Below, piece by piece: positions 41,911 to 55,630 of a stretch of DNA of 64,000 bases; the first letter of the stretch is position 1; every line of letters starts with the position of its first letter. The notes beneath the pieces were generated by a model that was not told the origin of the DNA, searched no databases, and was given only the letters and a program-made list of their open reading frames with translations. Source of the DNA: Octopus vulgaris (lineage: Eukaryota); contig OX597828.1 in assembly GCA_951406725.2 (NCBI GenBank), positions 34,534,001 to 34,598,000 on the forward strand, written 5' to 3'. The position numbers were made by a program, and so were the translations under genes.

Positions 41911-42499
41911 CTCCTGTATATGAAGCACAATGATGACAGTCAATACATTTAAACGCTGGACTCAATAAGTTAAAACAATCTATTTTGTCAAAGACGCTTG
42001 AGTGGCAGTAAAGGGGGGTTACTGTGTCAATAACTTTATCTGTTTTATTAAAGCTTGAAATTCGCAAAGTTATTCGCTTGCTGGATAGACTTACTTTCGC
42101 TCTTCGTTCCTCTGGTCTTCATATTAATCCTAACAAGGTCAGCTTTTCTTTTTTACCAACCTTCAAAATCGATAAATAAAGAACCATTCTTCACTTTTTC
42201 TCTGGAAAACTGTGAATGTCAAGACCTGGAGAAAGATGCCCAAAACACACAGCATCGCATGATGACGTCACCATGACTGGATCTGGAGTTCAGCACAACT
42301 TTTACATTATAAACAAAGAACGGTTGTAAAGCAGTGTTGTTCATACACACACACACACACACACACAGAGACACACACACATTAATTACAGAAGCAGCCT
42401 TTGTGATGAATATTAATAAGTACATCCAACTTAAATTGGAGATCTTGTTTAGAATGCTGTAATAACGCAGTAACCCATTTTCTTCTGCCTGAAGATGTG

Positions 42500-43450
42500 T
42501 CAGGGACTGAAGTGTGCCAGAGTCTTCCAATACAATGCAGGGACAGCGTTCTATCGCGTAGAATTGTGTATGAGTGAATCGAGAAATTAAAAAAGTGACC
42601 GGACAAGTTTGAAGAACGAAGAAGGCGTAGGACGGCCAATCAACCTCCACCACTGATGTGAAGATACTGCAAGCTCAAGAAATAGTTCTGGCGAACTGAC
42701 AAGTGACCATTCATGAGGTGGCATATTGTCTGTAAATTAGTCATGGTTCTGAATATGAAATCATCCACGACAAGCATCGCTTCCGTAAAGTCTGCAAAAT
42801 GGATGCCAAGGGAGTTTGCAACAGTGTAGAGATCTGTTAACGCTTATTCGATGAAAGCGAAGCGTTTTTTTGGAGGGAATAGTCACAGGAGATGAGACCT
42901 GGGTCCATCGATTTGAGTCAGAATTCAAAAGGAAAAATATGGAGCGAGAAAACCCAGAATCGCCAGCGAAAAAGGAATTCAAAATTCAACCTTCCGTAGA
43001 AAAAGTGATGCTAACCGTTTTTTCGGGACTCGAAAGGGCCTATACTGGAATAGTACCTGGAAAAGAGGTCTACGGTCACCAGTGTAGGCTACAGTGAAAT
43101 GCTCGCCAACAAATTGAAACCAGCAATTCGCACTAAACGTAGATGTCTACGCACGACAATGTACGCCCAGATACAGCGGTCCCAATCGCCTAAACTATTG
43201 AAAAATTGGGTTTCGGATCATTGGAAAACCCTGCATACAGTCCAGATCTCGTTCCATCCGACTATTATCCCTTTGGATCAATCAGAAAATTTTTACGTGG
43301 TCTTTGATTTAGTGCGGACGAAGAAACGCATGAAGTGGAGCATGCATGACTGCCCAGCCAACGGAAAACCTTCTCCGACGGAATAAACAACCTTGCGGAC
43401 CGCTGGAAGAAATATAACAAAAAGTAAGGCGACTATATTGAAAAATGATG
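42500..43450 (+). pseudogene. Decayed mariner transposase
   Basis: IVTGDETWVHRFE, KVMLTVF, LHDN.RP, HPAYSPDLVPSDY and terminal DYIEK* across frames. Confidence 0.85.
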
Positions 43451-44431
43451 TAATTATTCAATATTGTTTCTTACCTTATGTTAGCAGTGCGATACTTTCT
43501 CTTTCCAGTTTATCTCTGTAGAATTCAGAACCAGCACCAAAAGTGTCGACGTTTTGTAAACGAATATATTTATGGTATTTAAGTCTATAAAAATATAAAA
43601 ATAGGTATTTAGCGAACAGTCAATGGGTTGGATGTGGTGCTGGTGAAAGAGCAATAACTGTCGAAATATGCATGTATACCCATACCCTATTTTACTATCT
43701 TCGATCACATTGTTTACATAGGTGCATTTGTTTACGAGGTGTCGTAGCTCCTGAACTGGTGTTGAGTTCTATAGAAAATCTGCAGAGATCAAGTTAAAAA
43801 TGAAGATATCACAGAGCAATTCTCAGATGAATGAGAACTTAAAGACCAACTCCTACATCCAGACCTAGTACCTCCGGCATTGAAAGTTAGCAATATGGAC
43901 GATAGATGTCGAGCTGTTATTGAGATAGATAGGCTGATAAACATAAGTACATTTGCCATTCCACTTCTGCTAAGGGTGACCTGGCTTCGCCTAACAAATC
44001 CTTGGGAACTTATGTTATTACACTCACCTACGACATCATGCTCGTATATTACATATGAATGTGGTTACAGCATAAGTCATCGTGCTCCCGAAACAGCTGT
44101 CAAGACAAATTTTACTTTATTACCTACTCTGTATTTTGTATTCCATATAAATATGCTCATTAAACCTACTTGCGTTGATCTGCCTTTTTACTTCTCTCTC
44201 TCTTCACACTTATCTGTCTCTTTTTCTCTTTCATACATAAACACACTCACACACAGACACACACACTTACACGTATATATGTATATATATTTCACTTAGG
44301 CATTGTGAGACCAACAACCTGGTGTAAGACTCAATATATGTATGTTTCAGAACGAAGTGTTAGCTGAGTATAGATCGATAAGAAGAAAGAGAGATGACAA
44401 AAGAATAAATGATTATCGTATGAACTTCATT

Positions 44432-44513
44432 AGCTTGCAGCTGTTTCTGCTATAAGAAGCAGTGAACCCATAATTGAGTGCTTGCGTAACACCTTATAAC
44501 TTCATCAGAGCCT
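44432..44513 (-). ncRNA. Hammerhead-ribozyme-like motif
   Basis: Minus strand: ggct-CTGATGA-a-gttataag...cttatagc-a-GAAAC-agct-GCA-agct; 8-bp stem II, cleavage triplet GCA rather than NUH. Confidence 0.5.
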
Positions 44514-45156
44514 CGAATATGAAGAACAATTTATTTGAGAAAGAATTACAGGGCTTCTATCAGCTCCGGGTTTTGGCGGAAATGGAGCCATGGTAGAAGT
44601 CACTTGTACAATGTTCTGCCACGCACAGCCACGCCTGCATCTATGTTATTTTTTTCTTTTGAATTGAAGAGTATAACTGGAAGAGAATCGTCGGGGGAGA
44701 AATATGACATTTTCCTTGATATATTCAAACAAGTGTTTACAGGGAGAGTTTCCATTGGATGCATAGCAAAGTACAACAACAACAATAACAAATTCAGCAA
44801 TAACAATAAAATGAGTAGCAAGCAAAAAAAAAAACAGCAAAGCAAGAATAAAGCTGGTAGGATAGAGATTCTGGAGAGAGAGAAAGATGGGGAGAGAGAA
44901 AGAGAAAGAGATAGGGGGAAATGTAGGTAATACTGAGAAGAGCGATTTAAAAAAAGTAAAAAGACGATTAAATATGATTGATTTATTAACGATACGTTTA
45001 ATACCAGCACAAGTGGAGTGTGTATGTGGATGTGCATCCCAAATACAATGAGAGGGAATACATACACAATACGTAAGTATCTATGTACGTGATTGTATGT
45101 ATGTATGTGTGTATGTATATACCCCTTCCGTATGTGCGTGTCTGTGTGAGGATATA

Positions 45157-45203
<47 letters not shown>

Positions 45204-45213
45204 GCATATATGC

Positions 45214-45246
<33 letters not shown>

Positions 45247-45851
45247 CATATATGCATATATATATATATGATTATATATATATGCATATTTATATAGCTA
45301 TCCTTGTATATATAATATATATAAGGGTCATATATATAAATGTGTGAATTTTTTCAATGTGTTCAAATAACACGGAAAAAATAAATAAATAGTTACCAGG
45401 GTAGTAAAAATTCACATAAGTACCAAGAAAAACACCTGCGTTTAATTCTCTCTCTCCCCCTCTCCCCCTTCTCTCTCCCTCTATATATATAGCTTGATCA
45501 TACCTAATGTGGTGTCCACACACATCCATACACAGACGCATACATATATAGGTATATATGTCTGTGTACATACGTATATATATGTAAATGTTCATATTCA
45601 ATATGAAGTCGCCTTCCATAACTTACACACGCAAAAATATTTGTATACACACACACATGCACACACAGGCACACATATACATATATACTTACATACGCAC
45701 ATATATATCTGTACATATCTGTATATGAATATATATACATGTATAAATGTATCTATATATGTGTGTAAATAATGGGCACACTCAATATACAGTCGCTTTC
45801 CATCATTTACACATATACACACATACCTTTAAATGTGAATACTACCCCCAC

Positions 45852-45913
<62 letters not shown>

Positions 45914-45998
45914 CTCTCCCCCCCCCCCCTCTCTCTCTCTTTCTCTCTCTCTCTCTGTATATATATATATATATATGTCTGTATGTATATAATCATTC

Positions 45999-46069
<71 letters not shown>

Positions 46070-46107
46070 GAGAGAGAGATAGATAGATAGATAGATAGTT
46101 TGTTTGT

Positions 46108-46185
<78 letters not shown>

Positions 46186-46634
46186 TGTACGGACACATAA
46201 TATACATACTGATACAGAGAGGAAGTAAAGAGAGATGATGGCGGTTTTGGAGTGTGGATCGCAGTGTCGGCTGATTTAAACCAGTCTGGCGTGAACCTGT
46301 TGGCATGAAAGCCATATCAACGTATATTAAAATCTACTTGTAAGCTTTAAGTGTGCAAAGGAATGAATTGCTTGTAATTTTGTGTATCGTGAAGTCGTTG
46401 ATATTTGACGACTCCAGGAACGTTTGTAATTGCCAAACATGTACAGCGTTCTTCCCTTCTGGTAAATGGCGAAGCTATAAGTGATGATAGCGGAGGGCAG
46501 AGTCAGAGACAGAGGCGGCGTGAGGGGAAGAGGAGAGAAGAGCAAGGCGGTGGTTGTGATTGTGGATGTAGACGAGGTAGCTTTTGATATAAGATGTCGT
46601 TATTTGTGAAGGGAACGGAAGGGAGCGAAAAGGA

Positions 46635-46679
<45 letters not shown>

Positions 46680-47207
46680 AGGGGGAGAGATAGAAGTAAA
46701 AGGGCAGGGTAGGAGGCTATGTATACGGAATGGGGCCGTTAGATGCTAGCTGAGGCCGGAAAGAAGAGAACGGACTAGAGCGGAAGGGAAGTGAAAGGAA
46801 CGGGGAGCGGTGTGGACGAAATAGGAGCGGAAGGAAACTAAACGGGAGCTAAGATGAGTGAAAGGAAGAGAGAAAGGGGGGAGAGAGAGAGGGGGGAGGA
46901 ATGGGAGATAGGACAGAGAGAAGGACAGAATAAATTATATACCATAGATATATCGATAGACAGACAGATAGACAGATAGATAGACCAGCGTAGAAAAACA
47001 GGCAACCCGACATTGCAAATATAATCAAATATTAGATACAGTTACAGGAAGAAATATTTAGAGATAGATTGACGGATGGGTTGAGGGAAGGGTTTTATAA
47101 GAATCTATAGAAAATCGGGAACACAAACTGATAAATTAACGAACAGACAGCAAGATAATTTCATACGAAATTAATAATATATATATGTAGGTACATGTAT
47201 ATGTGTG

Positions 47208-47308
<101 letters not shown>

Positions 47309-47309
47309 A

Positions 47310-47800
47310 CCAATTTACATTAGTTTGTGCTCATAGATGCAGGTATGTATATTTATCTCTCACATTGTGTAGAGAGAAATAAGGATAATCACAAGTCTAT
47401 ATTGTTGTTCCTACACACGTTTCAAAATGACGGTTGTTTGGAATCCTGCATTGGTAGTTCCAGTTGCATTAATGCTCAGCCACAACGAAGCATTACGGAA
47501 CACTTTATTGCATTAAGTTACAGAAAACTACATCTGTAACTTAATGCAATATAGTTGTTCTTCTGCTGATCAGTTGTGGCTGAGCATCTAAATGAAGTTG
47601 GAATATCTATTGCAAGGGTCCAAACAACCGTAACGGTGAAACGTGTGTAGGAACTATGATATAAACTTATGTTTATTCTGATTTATCCTATATTTGCTCT
47701 GTAGCTCCATAATTAGTAATGCTACTACTGTTCAGTCAATAGTTACTTAACCATATAGCAAGCAAACTGGTAATTTGCGTTAAGCTCTAAATATGGTAGT
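47310..47800. repeat. Diverged long fold-back between microsatellites
   Basis: Inner stem 47506-47524/47533-47551; outer blocks 47472-47486/47573-47587 and 47407-47424/47637-47654. Confidence 0.85.
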
Positions 47801-47898
47801 ACTATATATATCCTTTTATTCTTTTACTTGTTTTAGTCAATTGACTGCGGCCATACATACATACATACGTACATACATACATACATACATACATACAT

Positions 47899-48010
<112 letters not shown>

Positions 48011-48145
48011 ATTTGAAAACCCCACTAGAATAGGAGAAAGCGCTAATGATCTGAATGATATGATATATATGTAAAAAATGTAATATATAAATAAATATCT
48101 GTAAATATGAACCATCCGATCTTCTGATTACCTCATTTCTTCTAA

Positions 48146-48190
<45 letters not shown>

Positions 48191-48524
48191 TTTTCATTAC
48201 AGCTGCAATATTATCACAGACCTTTTACACAAAGTTTCACGTTCCCTTTCGTCAGACCGTTGCGATGAATACTCGAGTACTATTTTTTCCACATTGTTTT
48301 GTACTTATGTGCTCACGTGTGTGTGTGTGTGTCTTTTAACTGTTTCTTGTTCTAGTCTTTGGAGTAGGGCCATACTGGGGCACTTCAGTACTTCTATTTT
48401 AAGTCTGTCACTTAATCTATCAAACATCTTTTGCCGAACCGGTCAGATACGGGGACGTGGACAGTCAAAAACGGTTGTCAAACTGTGTGGGTGTGGTAAA
48501 CAAAAAGACAAACAAACACACATA

Positions 48525-48580
<56 letters not shown>

Positions 48581-48967
48581 CACACACAAAGTCACACATA
48601 TGTGAATACACAAAAAAGTTAAGCGGTTTCACACGAGTAGATATATATTAAAAAAGAAGAGGAACAATACTTTGAGAATTCAACGAAAAAATAACCTTTT
48701 TGTTTTATCTAAATAAGCTACCGGTTTTAATCCCTTTCACATGATGATTTAGTCATACTGATATAAAGGGAAATAAATTGCAATAAAATGAATTATTAAT
48801 AGATTTATCTTTCCTAATATCAGTTCTGGGAGTTCATAGGTTTTCTTTATAATAATCACAATGTGTTACATTTGGTTTTCCCCTGATTGTTGTTGGGTAA
48901 TAGAAATGATATTAAGCAACGTTAATTTAATTTCAATTAATTTTTCCTTTTATTTCATTATGACTGA

Positions 48968-49067
48968 NNNNNNNNNNNNNNNNNNNNNNNNNNNNNNNNN
49001 NNNNNNNNNNNNNNNNNNNNNNNNNNNNNNNNNNNNNNNNNNNNNNNNNNNNNNNNNNNNNNNNNNN
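48968..49067. other. Assembly gap (100 N)
   Basis: Run of n. Confidence 1.
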
Positions 49068-49109
49068 TTTAAATTTCCTTCTTATGTGAATTATTTTGGT
49101 TATGTTCGA

Positions 49110-49480
49110 AAGGCGGCGAGCTGGCAGAAACGTTAGCACGCCGGGCGGAAGGCGTAGCCGTATTTCGTCTGCCGCTACGTTTTGAGTTCAAATTCCGCCG
49201 AGGTCGACTTTGCCTTTCATCCTTTTGGAGTCGATAAATTAAGTACCAGTTACGCACTGGGGTCGATGTAATCGACTTAATCCGTTTATCTGTCCTTGTT
49301 TGTCCCCTCTGTGTTTAGCCCCTTGTGGGTAGTAAAGAAATAGGTATTCCGCCGAGGTCGACTTCGCCATTCATCCTTTCGAGGTCGTTAAATTAAGTAC
49401 CAGTTGCGTACTGGGGTAGATCTACTCGACTTGCCCCCTCCCCCAAAATTTCGGGCCTTGTGCCTGGAGTACAAAAGGAT
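49110..49480 (+). mobile_element. SINE A dimer (long tail, then short tail)
   Basis: Full unit to ~49341, then restarts at ttccgccgaggtcgac. Confidence 0.88.
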
Positions 49481-50140
49481 ATACGTACGAATCAGCCAGA
49501 GTATATACAAAATAACATATGTTCTTGCCTGGATTGCCTTTTACACTTTATTGTACATCTTGTTCTTGCCTTCTTATAACTGTAATTATTTAATTACTTA
49601 TAAATATAATATGTCCATATATCAACTTTTATATTTACGTTGATTATAACAGAATATTTTGGTTCTACGTATCAGCATGGCATTGACGTTGTCCAGGTTT
49701 TTCGTAAAGAAACCTAGCAAAGACCATATGCGGAACACAGTTTATTGCTAGTCGCCCGTCGAAGCGGAAATGTGACACTTCAATAATGCCTCACTCTAAT
49801 TCAACTTTGAACACGCCCTACACACCGAATGTGTCTATAGATATTTCCGTTTCCTCCCCACATTTTCTCCTTCATATAACCACTACCTCTACCCCACCTA
49901 AATACATCTAATCTTTTAACGTCTCACTTTACGATCGTTTATTTTTACTTGTATGTTTTTCTTTATATCTCCTCATTGTTGAATCCAGTTTACTTCTATA
50001 TGAGTCTGTCTGTCTGTCATTAGTCCTTCTTTGTTCTTCTCCCCCTCTCCATCTCAGTCAGTCTTTATCCACTTATAACCTGTCTCCCTTCTGTCTTTCT
50101 CTTTGTCTATGTATCTATCTGTCTGTCAGTCTGTCTACTT

Positions 50141-50360
50141 TCGTAGCGTAGTGGATAAAGGCGTTGGTTAATGCAATGCAATCACCTTGAGGTTCTCAGT
50201 TCAATCCAAAGGAGAGGCACGAGAATGAATCGCAAGACACCTGAAGAAGGATGGAGAATACAACAGCCGAAACGCAGTGAAAATTAGCAATCAAGATGAG
50301 GACATCAGTCCGACCAATATAAACAGTGCACATAACATAAATTCCTCCTCTCAGAAATTT
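50141..50360 (+). mobile_element. Candidate SINE: tRNA-like head joined to a Penelope-type hammerhead-like tail
   Basis: A box TAGCGTAGTGG (50144-50154), B box GTTCAATCC (50199-50207), CTGAAGA-a-ggatg...cagcc-GAAAC (50241-50273). Confidence 0.5.
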
Positions 50361-50392
50361 AGTATTGTACTTCTCTCTCCTTATCTCTTTCT

Positions 50393-50433
<41 letters not shown>

Positions 50434-50752
50434 CTTCCTTGCTACCCTCTTACACTCTCTCCCTTTTTCTCTTACTCTCTTTTTCTCCATTTCTCTCTCT
50501 GTTCTTTTCCTCTTTTGCGTTATTCACCTTTTCTGTCTTTCTTCCCTTAATTTTCTACCGTTCTTCCTCCATTCCATTTCTCTCCCACTCTGCCCACCCT
50601 CTTACTCTACTCATCCAAGTTGCACTTGAGCAAATCTATCGCAGTGACGGAAAGACACCGGATATTGTGTTTTCTATGCGCTTGTGCAATGTTTTTCTTT
50701 TTAGTATTATCGTTGATCGAATAAACGAATATGTATACAAATACGCACGCAT

Positions 50753-50783
<31 letters not shown>

Positions 50784-51151
50784 GCATACATGAATACATA
50801 CATACATACATAGATATATACATACATACATACATGCATGCATACATACATGCATACATACATATATACACACATACATACATGCATATATACATATATA
50901 TATACACGTACATACATATAAATATATATGTATAAGTATATATATATATATACACACACTTATATGTATAATACATATATATACACATACACGCATCACT
51001 CACGCACATATATATGTGTATGTACTTGTGTGTGTGTGTTTATGTATATATGAATATATATATATATATATATATACATATATATACATATGTATATAAA
51101 TAGTTAAATAGAGAGAAAGAGAGAATGAAAGAGAGTTAAAAGGACATAGCA

Positions 51152-51203
<52 letters not shown>

Positions 51204-51638
51204 ATTTATAAATGCATATACATATATTTATATACATATATATTCATAATACGCAAACACACACACACACACATATGTAATATACATACACAAACATACA
51301 TATATAAACATACGTATTCGGGAAACATTCTAAAAGGGTTTAGTGTTAATATTTATAGAATTTTTTATTCTCAACATTATTTTTGCAATTAACATTCTAT
51401 TCACAGTAATATTAATAGAACAGTTTGCCTTCATGCAAAATATATATTACAACAATGATAATGCTAACAACAACATTTTTAACGACGGCAAAGTGTGCGC
51501 CGGAGATAGCAACAGATACAAACAAAAACTACAAAACAACAATAATACAAATCTTTGCAATTTTTCGAAATTTGCAAACTGCAAACCTGCACTTTCCGTA
51601 CATTTTCTTTCACCACTTTTTAATGGTACAATACAGTA

Positions 51639-51670
<32 letters not shown>

Positions 51671-52169
51671 CGGAGATAGAAAGAGAGACAGATAGATAGA
51701 TAGAAAGAGTGGTGTATGTGTGTGTTAATCTATCAAAATAGAACTTATTCGAAAATAATTTAGTTCTGGCAACTTACACTTATTTCGTGAACAGTAATAG
51801 AAATGTTTGTTATTATTATGAAAACCTTATAAGCAGACAACATTAGAAAATCATCAGAGATTGTGTAGCATCCTTAAACAACTTTTAAGACTCACAAAAG
51901 AACCTGGACATTGCAATGGTTTCAATGACCGTATCTAGCGTTAAACTAGGTCAAAAAAGAATTGTATCTAAAACCTAGTAAAGGAAACGGAACAGAATAT
52001 TTCTTTGTCGTAAATAAGGGAATAATTGCATATTGTCTCTATGATAATGGATTGAGACATGATATAGCCCTGGCTTTGAGACTCAAAGAACTTTCAAAGA
52101 TCTCAAAACTAGAAGTTTAATAGCTACTTCTGTTGTAAGATATATATATATATATATATATGTATATGT

Positions 52170-52233
<64 letters not shown>

Positions 52234-52419
52234 GAAGGATTTAATGTTCCTTTTTTTTTTGACCTGCAATCGCCTATATTATCGATTCAGTTATTATTAT
52301 ATTTAAATTGTTACACTAGATAATAGCAGAGTCAATGGAATCTCCGCAAATTACTTTTTCGTGAATTATTTGCTCCGTATATATATATATATACATATAC
52401 ATATACATATATACTTTAT

Positions 52420-52790
52420 AGGCGCAGGAGTGGCTGTGTGGTAAGTAGCTTGCTAACCAACCACACGGTTGCGGGTTCAGTCCCACTGCGTGGCATCTTG
52501 GGCAAGTGTCTTCTGCTATAGCCCCGGGCCGACCAATGCCTTGTGAGTGGATTTGGTAGACGGAAACTGAAAGAAGCCTGTCGTATATATGTATATATAT
52601 GTATATGTGTGTGTGTTTGTGTGTCTGTGTTTGTCCCCCTAGCATTGCTTGACAATCGATGCTGGTGTGTTTACGTCCCCGTCACTTAGCGGTTCGGCAA
52701 AAAGAGACCGATAGAATAAGTACTAAAAGGTGGTGCTCCAGCATGGCCGCAGTCAAATGACTGAAACAAGTAAAAGAGAGAAAGAGAAAA
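52420..52790 (+). mobile_element. SINE family B with an internal deletion in the 3' half
   Basis: Matches the family. Confidence 0.9.
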
Positions 52791-52834
52791 AAATACATAT
52801 ACATATACATATACATAAACATATATATACATAC

Positions 52835-52910
<76 letters not shown>

Positions 52911-52915
52911 TATAT

Positions 52916-53047
52916 AGTTCAGTTGTAGCATGAGAAATCTAAAGATTTCTTACGGATGACAGCAACTGAGTATCGCCTGAGGATATAATAAATTAATTTT
53001 CTTATGTATTGGTAAACTTACGTGGTTAACCCCGAATCAACCGGACC

Positions 53048-53105
<58 letters not shown>

Positions 53106-53230
53106 GTCAGTTGTAGCATGGAAATCTAAATTTAGCCATTACGGAGACAGCAACTGAGTATCGCCTGAGGAGATACGTATAGTTCTTCTTATACAGGTAA
53201 ATCGTTGCATAATTTAATTTAAACTTAACT
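52916..53230. repeat. Two related short units separated by (TA)n
   Basis: tcagttgtagcatg..aaatctaaa...acagcaactgagtatcgcctgagga at 52916-52983 and 53105-53171. Confidence 0.8.
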
Positions 53231-53650
53231 ATAAATCCACACACACACATATATATATGTATATATTTATCTCTCTCTCCCTATATATATATATATATAA
53301 ATATATACATATATATATATGTACATATATATATGTACATATATATATATGTACATAAATATGTATATATGTATGTATACACACACATTCACACACATGT
53401 TTTTACTGCCTCAGTGATTAGACTGCGACCATGTTGGGGCACCGCCTATGAGAAACTTTAGTCGAATGAATCAACCCCGGTATTGTTTTTTTAATCCCCG
53501 AACTTATTTTAGCGGTATCTTTTGCTGAATCTCTAAGTTACAGGGACGTGAATATACCAAAACCAGTTCTCAAGCGGTGTGGGGGACAAACACATACACC
53601 AAAAAACATACACACACACGCACACACATACACACAAACATATATGTGCA

Positions 53651-53709
<59 letters not shown>

Positions 53710-54016
53710 GTGCGTGCGTGTTCTATGCACAGCCTGGACAGAACGTGACTTATTTCCGTTAAATATCCATATGATAAAGACTGCGAATAATATACATTTC
53801 TGCGAAAGTACATTAACTTATGTGTGTATGTATGTCTATGTATGTATATCTATGCCCATGTACGTACATTTATGAGTATGCACATGTGCGTACGGATGTG
53901 TATGCATATGTATGCACATGCACACATATGTACATGTCTGTATGTATACATAAGTGCATGTGCCTATGTGTCCAAATGTGTATGAATATGTATTGATATA
54001 ACCAATGCATTTATGC

Positions 54017-54048
<32 letters not shown>

Positions 54049-54804
54049 GAACTGCAGTCGTGGATCAAAAAGAGGCCGAGGAAGGGCGAATGGCACCGCG
54101 AGTGTCGCGTTGCTCTCAAGCAACTCTGCCGTCCTGGGTCGACCTTAAGTGACTTCAACACAACCAAAGCATTCTATAGGGGTTTAGTGGAGGGGAGGTA
54201 CGACGACGAGCTCGGGGCGAACCTGGACGTCGACGAGGAGTACCTGACCCGCCTGTTCAGGACGACTTTCGGGCCAGGGCCCATGGACAACTTCCAGAGA
54301 TCCCTGGCCTGGCAGTGCTACCGAGAAGCGCTACCCGTTCGGGATAAGCTCTACAGACACGGCTCGAGAAACACGGGGCCGACCTGCCCGAGATGCGGTC
54401 AGAGCGACGAAACCGTTCTGCACGCACTCGTTCAGTGTCCAACAATTTCCGACCTGTGGGCTTATGTCGAACAACTGCTGTCACGTGTGGGACGAGTCGG
54501 TTTATCAGCTGAGTCTATCGTCAATATTGTCACGCCTCCTTCCTTCAAACGGGAAGGAAGAGCTATTTTCATCATCCTTGTGGCTATGGCGAAAGAATGT
54601 ATCTGGTGGACGCGTCTGAAAGGATTGGAGACAAACACTTTCCTCTCTGGTCAATCTCTCATCAACTTCTTCAAGTACCACTTGAAAAGGAAAGTGAGAG
54701 TAGAGAGGCAAGTTTTGTCTAGCGAATGTTTTAAAAAAAGATGGGTGAATGTAGCAAGAATGGCACGTATGAATGACGAAGCCACCTTGAGCATAGTCCT
54801 ATGA
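54049..54804 (+). CDS. LINE ORF2 C-terminal zinc-binding (zf-RVT-like) region, partial
   Basis: AWQCYREALPVRDKL...CPRCGQSDETVLHALVQCP...IWWTR. Confidence 0.8.
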   Translation, partial: ELQSWIKKRPRKGEWHRECRVALKQLCRPGSTLSDFNTTKAFYRGLVEGRYDDELGANLDVDEEYLTRLFRTTFGPGPMDNFQRSLAWQCYREALPVRDKLYRHGSRNTGPTCPRCGQSDETVLHALVQCPTISDLWAYVEQLLSRVGRVGLSAESIVNIVTPPSFKREGRAIFIILVAMAKECIWWTRLKGLETNTFLSGQSLINFFKYHLKRKVRVERQVLSSECFKKRWVNVARMARMNDEATLSIVL

Positions 54805-55186
54805 ACCCAGAAATCGAAAACAGAGAGTTGCTTATTTGCAAAAAAAAAAAAAAGAAATATAAAATGTGACATCATTGACCGAGGTTACCGTGGTCTTTTC
54901 CGTAGGCTTTTCTTTGCACGGGTAAACCTCACCTGTCCTCCCCTTTACACTTCATATTGACATTTCTGTGATAACGATCCCTATTGATCAATTTTTTTCC
55001 TCCCCCTTTTTTTAAACCCCCCTTTTTTTTGTCCTCTTTCTCTCCTTTTACGATCCCTTTTGATCGAAACTCCCCCTTCCTTTTTTTTTTTTTTTTTTTT
55101 TTTACTTTCTTAAACCTTCAAAAGAAAAGCTCTACCTTGTAATTTGTTCTATCTGTGTGCAGCCCTGTGTGGCTAATAAAGAAACA
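54049..55186 (+). mobile_element. L1/Tx1-clade LINE 3' end inserted in (ATCT)n
   Basis: ORF C-terminus, pyrimidine-rich 3' UTR, aataaa at 55175; (ATCT)n at both junctions. Confidence 0.8.
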
Positions 55187-55187
<1 letters not shown>

Positions 55188-55227
<40 letters not shown>

Positions 55228-55264
55228 GTCTATCTGTCTGTCTGTCTGTCTATCTATCTGTCTG

Positions 55265-55359
<95 letters not shown>

Positions 55360-55364
55360 GTCTG

Positions 55365-55401
<37 letters not shown>

Positions 55402-55439
55402 TTATCTATCTATCTATCTGTTGTCTGTCTGTCTATCTA

Positions 55440-55487
<48 letters not shown>

Positions 55488-55491
55488 TCTA

Positions 55492-55554
<63 letters not shown>

Positions 55555-55630
55555 GTCTATCTATCTGGCTACCAATCTATATGTCTATCTATCTATCTAT
55601 CTATCTATCTGCCTCTCTATCTATCTGTCT
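55188..55630 (+). repeat. (TCTA/TCTG)n compound microsatellite
   Basis: Direct reading. Confidence 0.95.
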
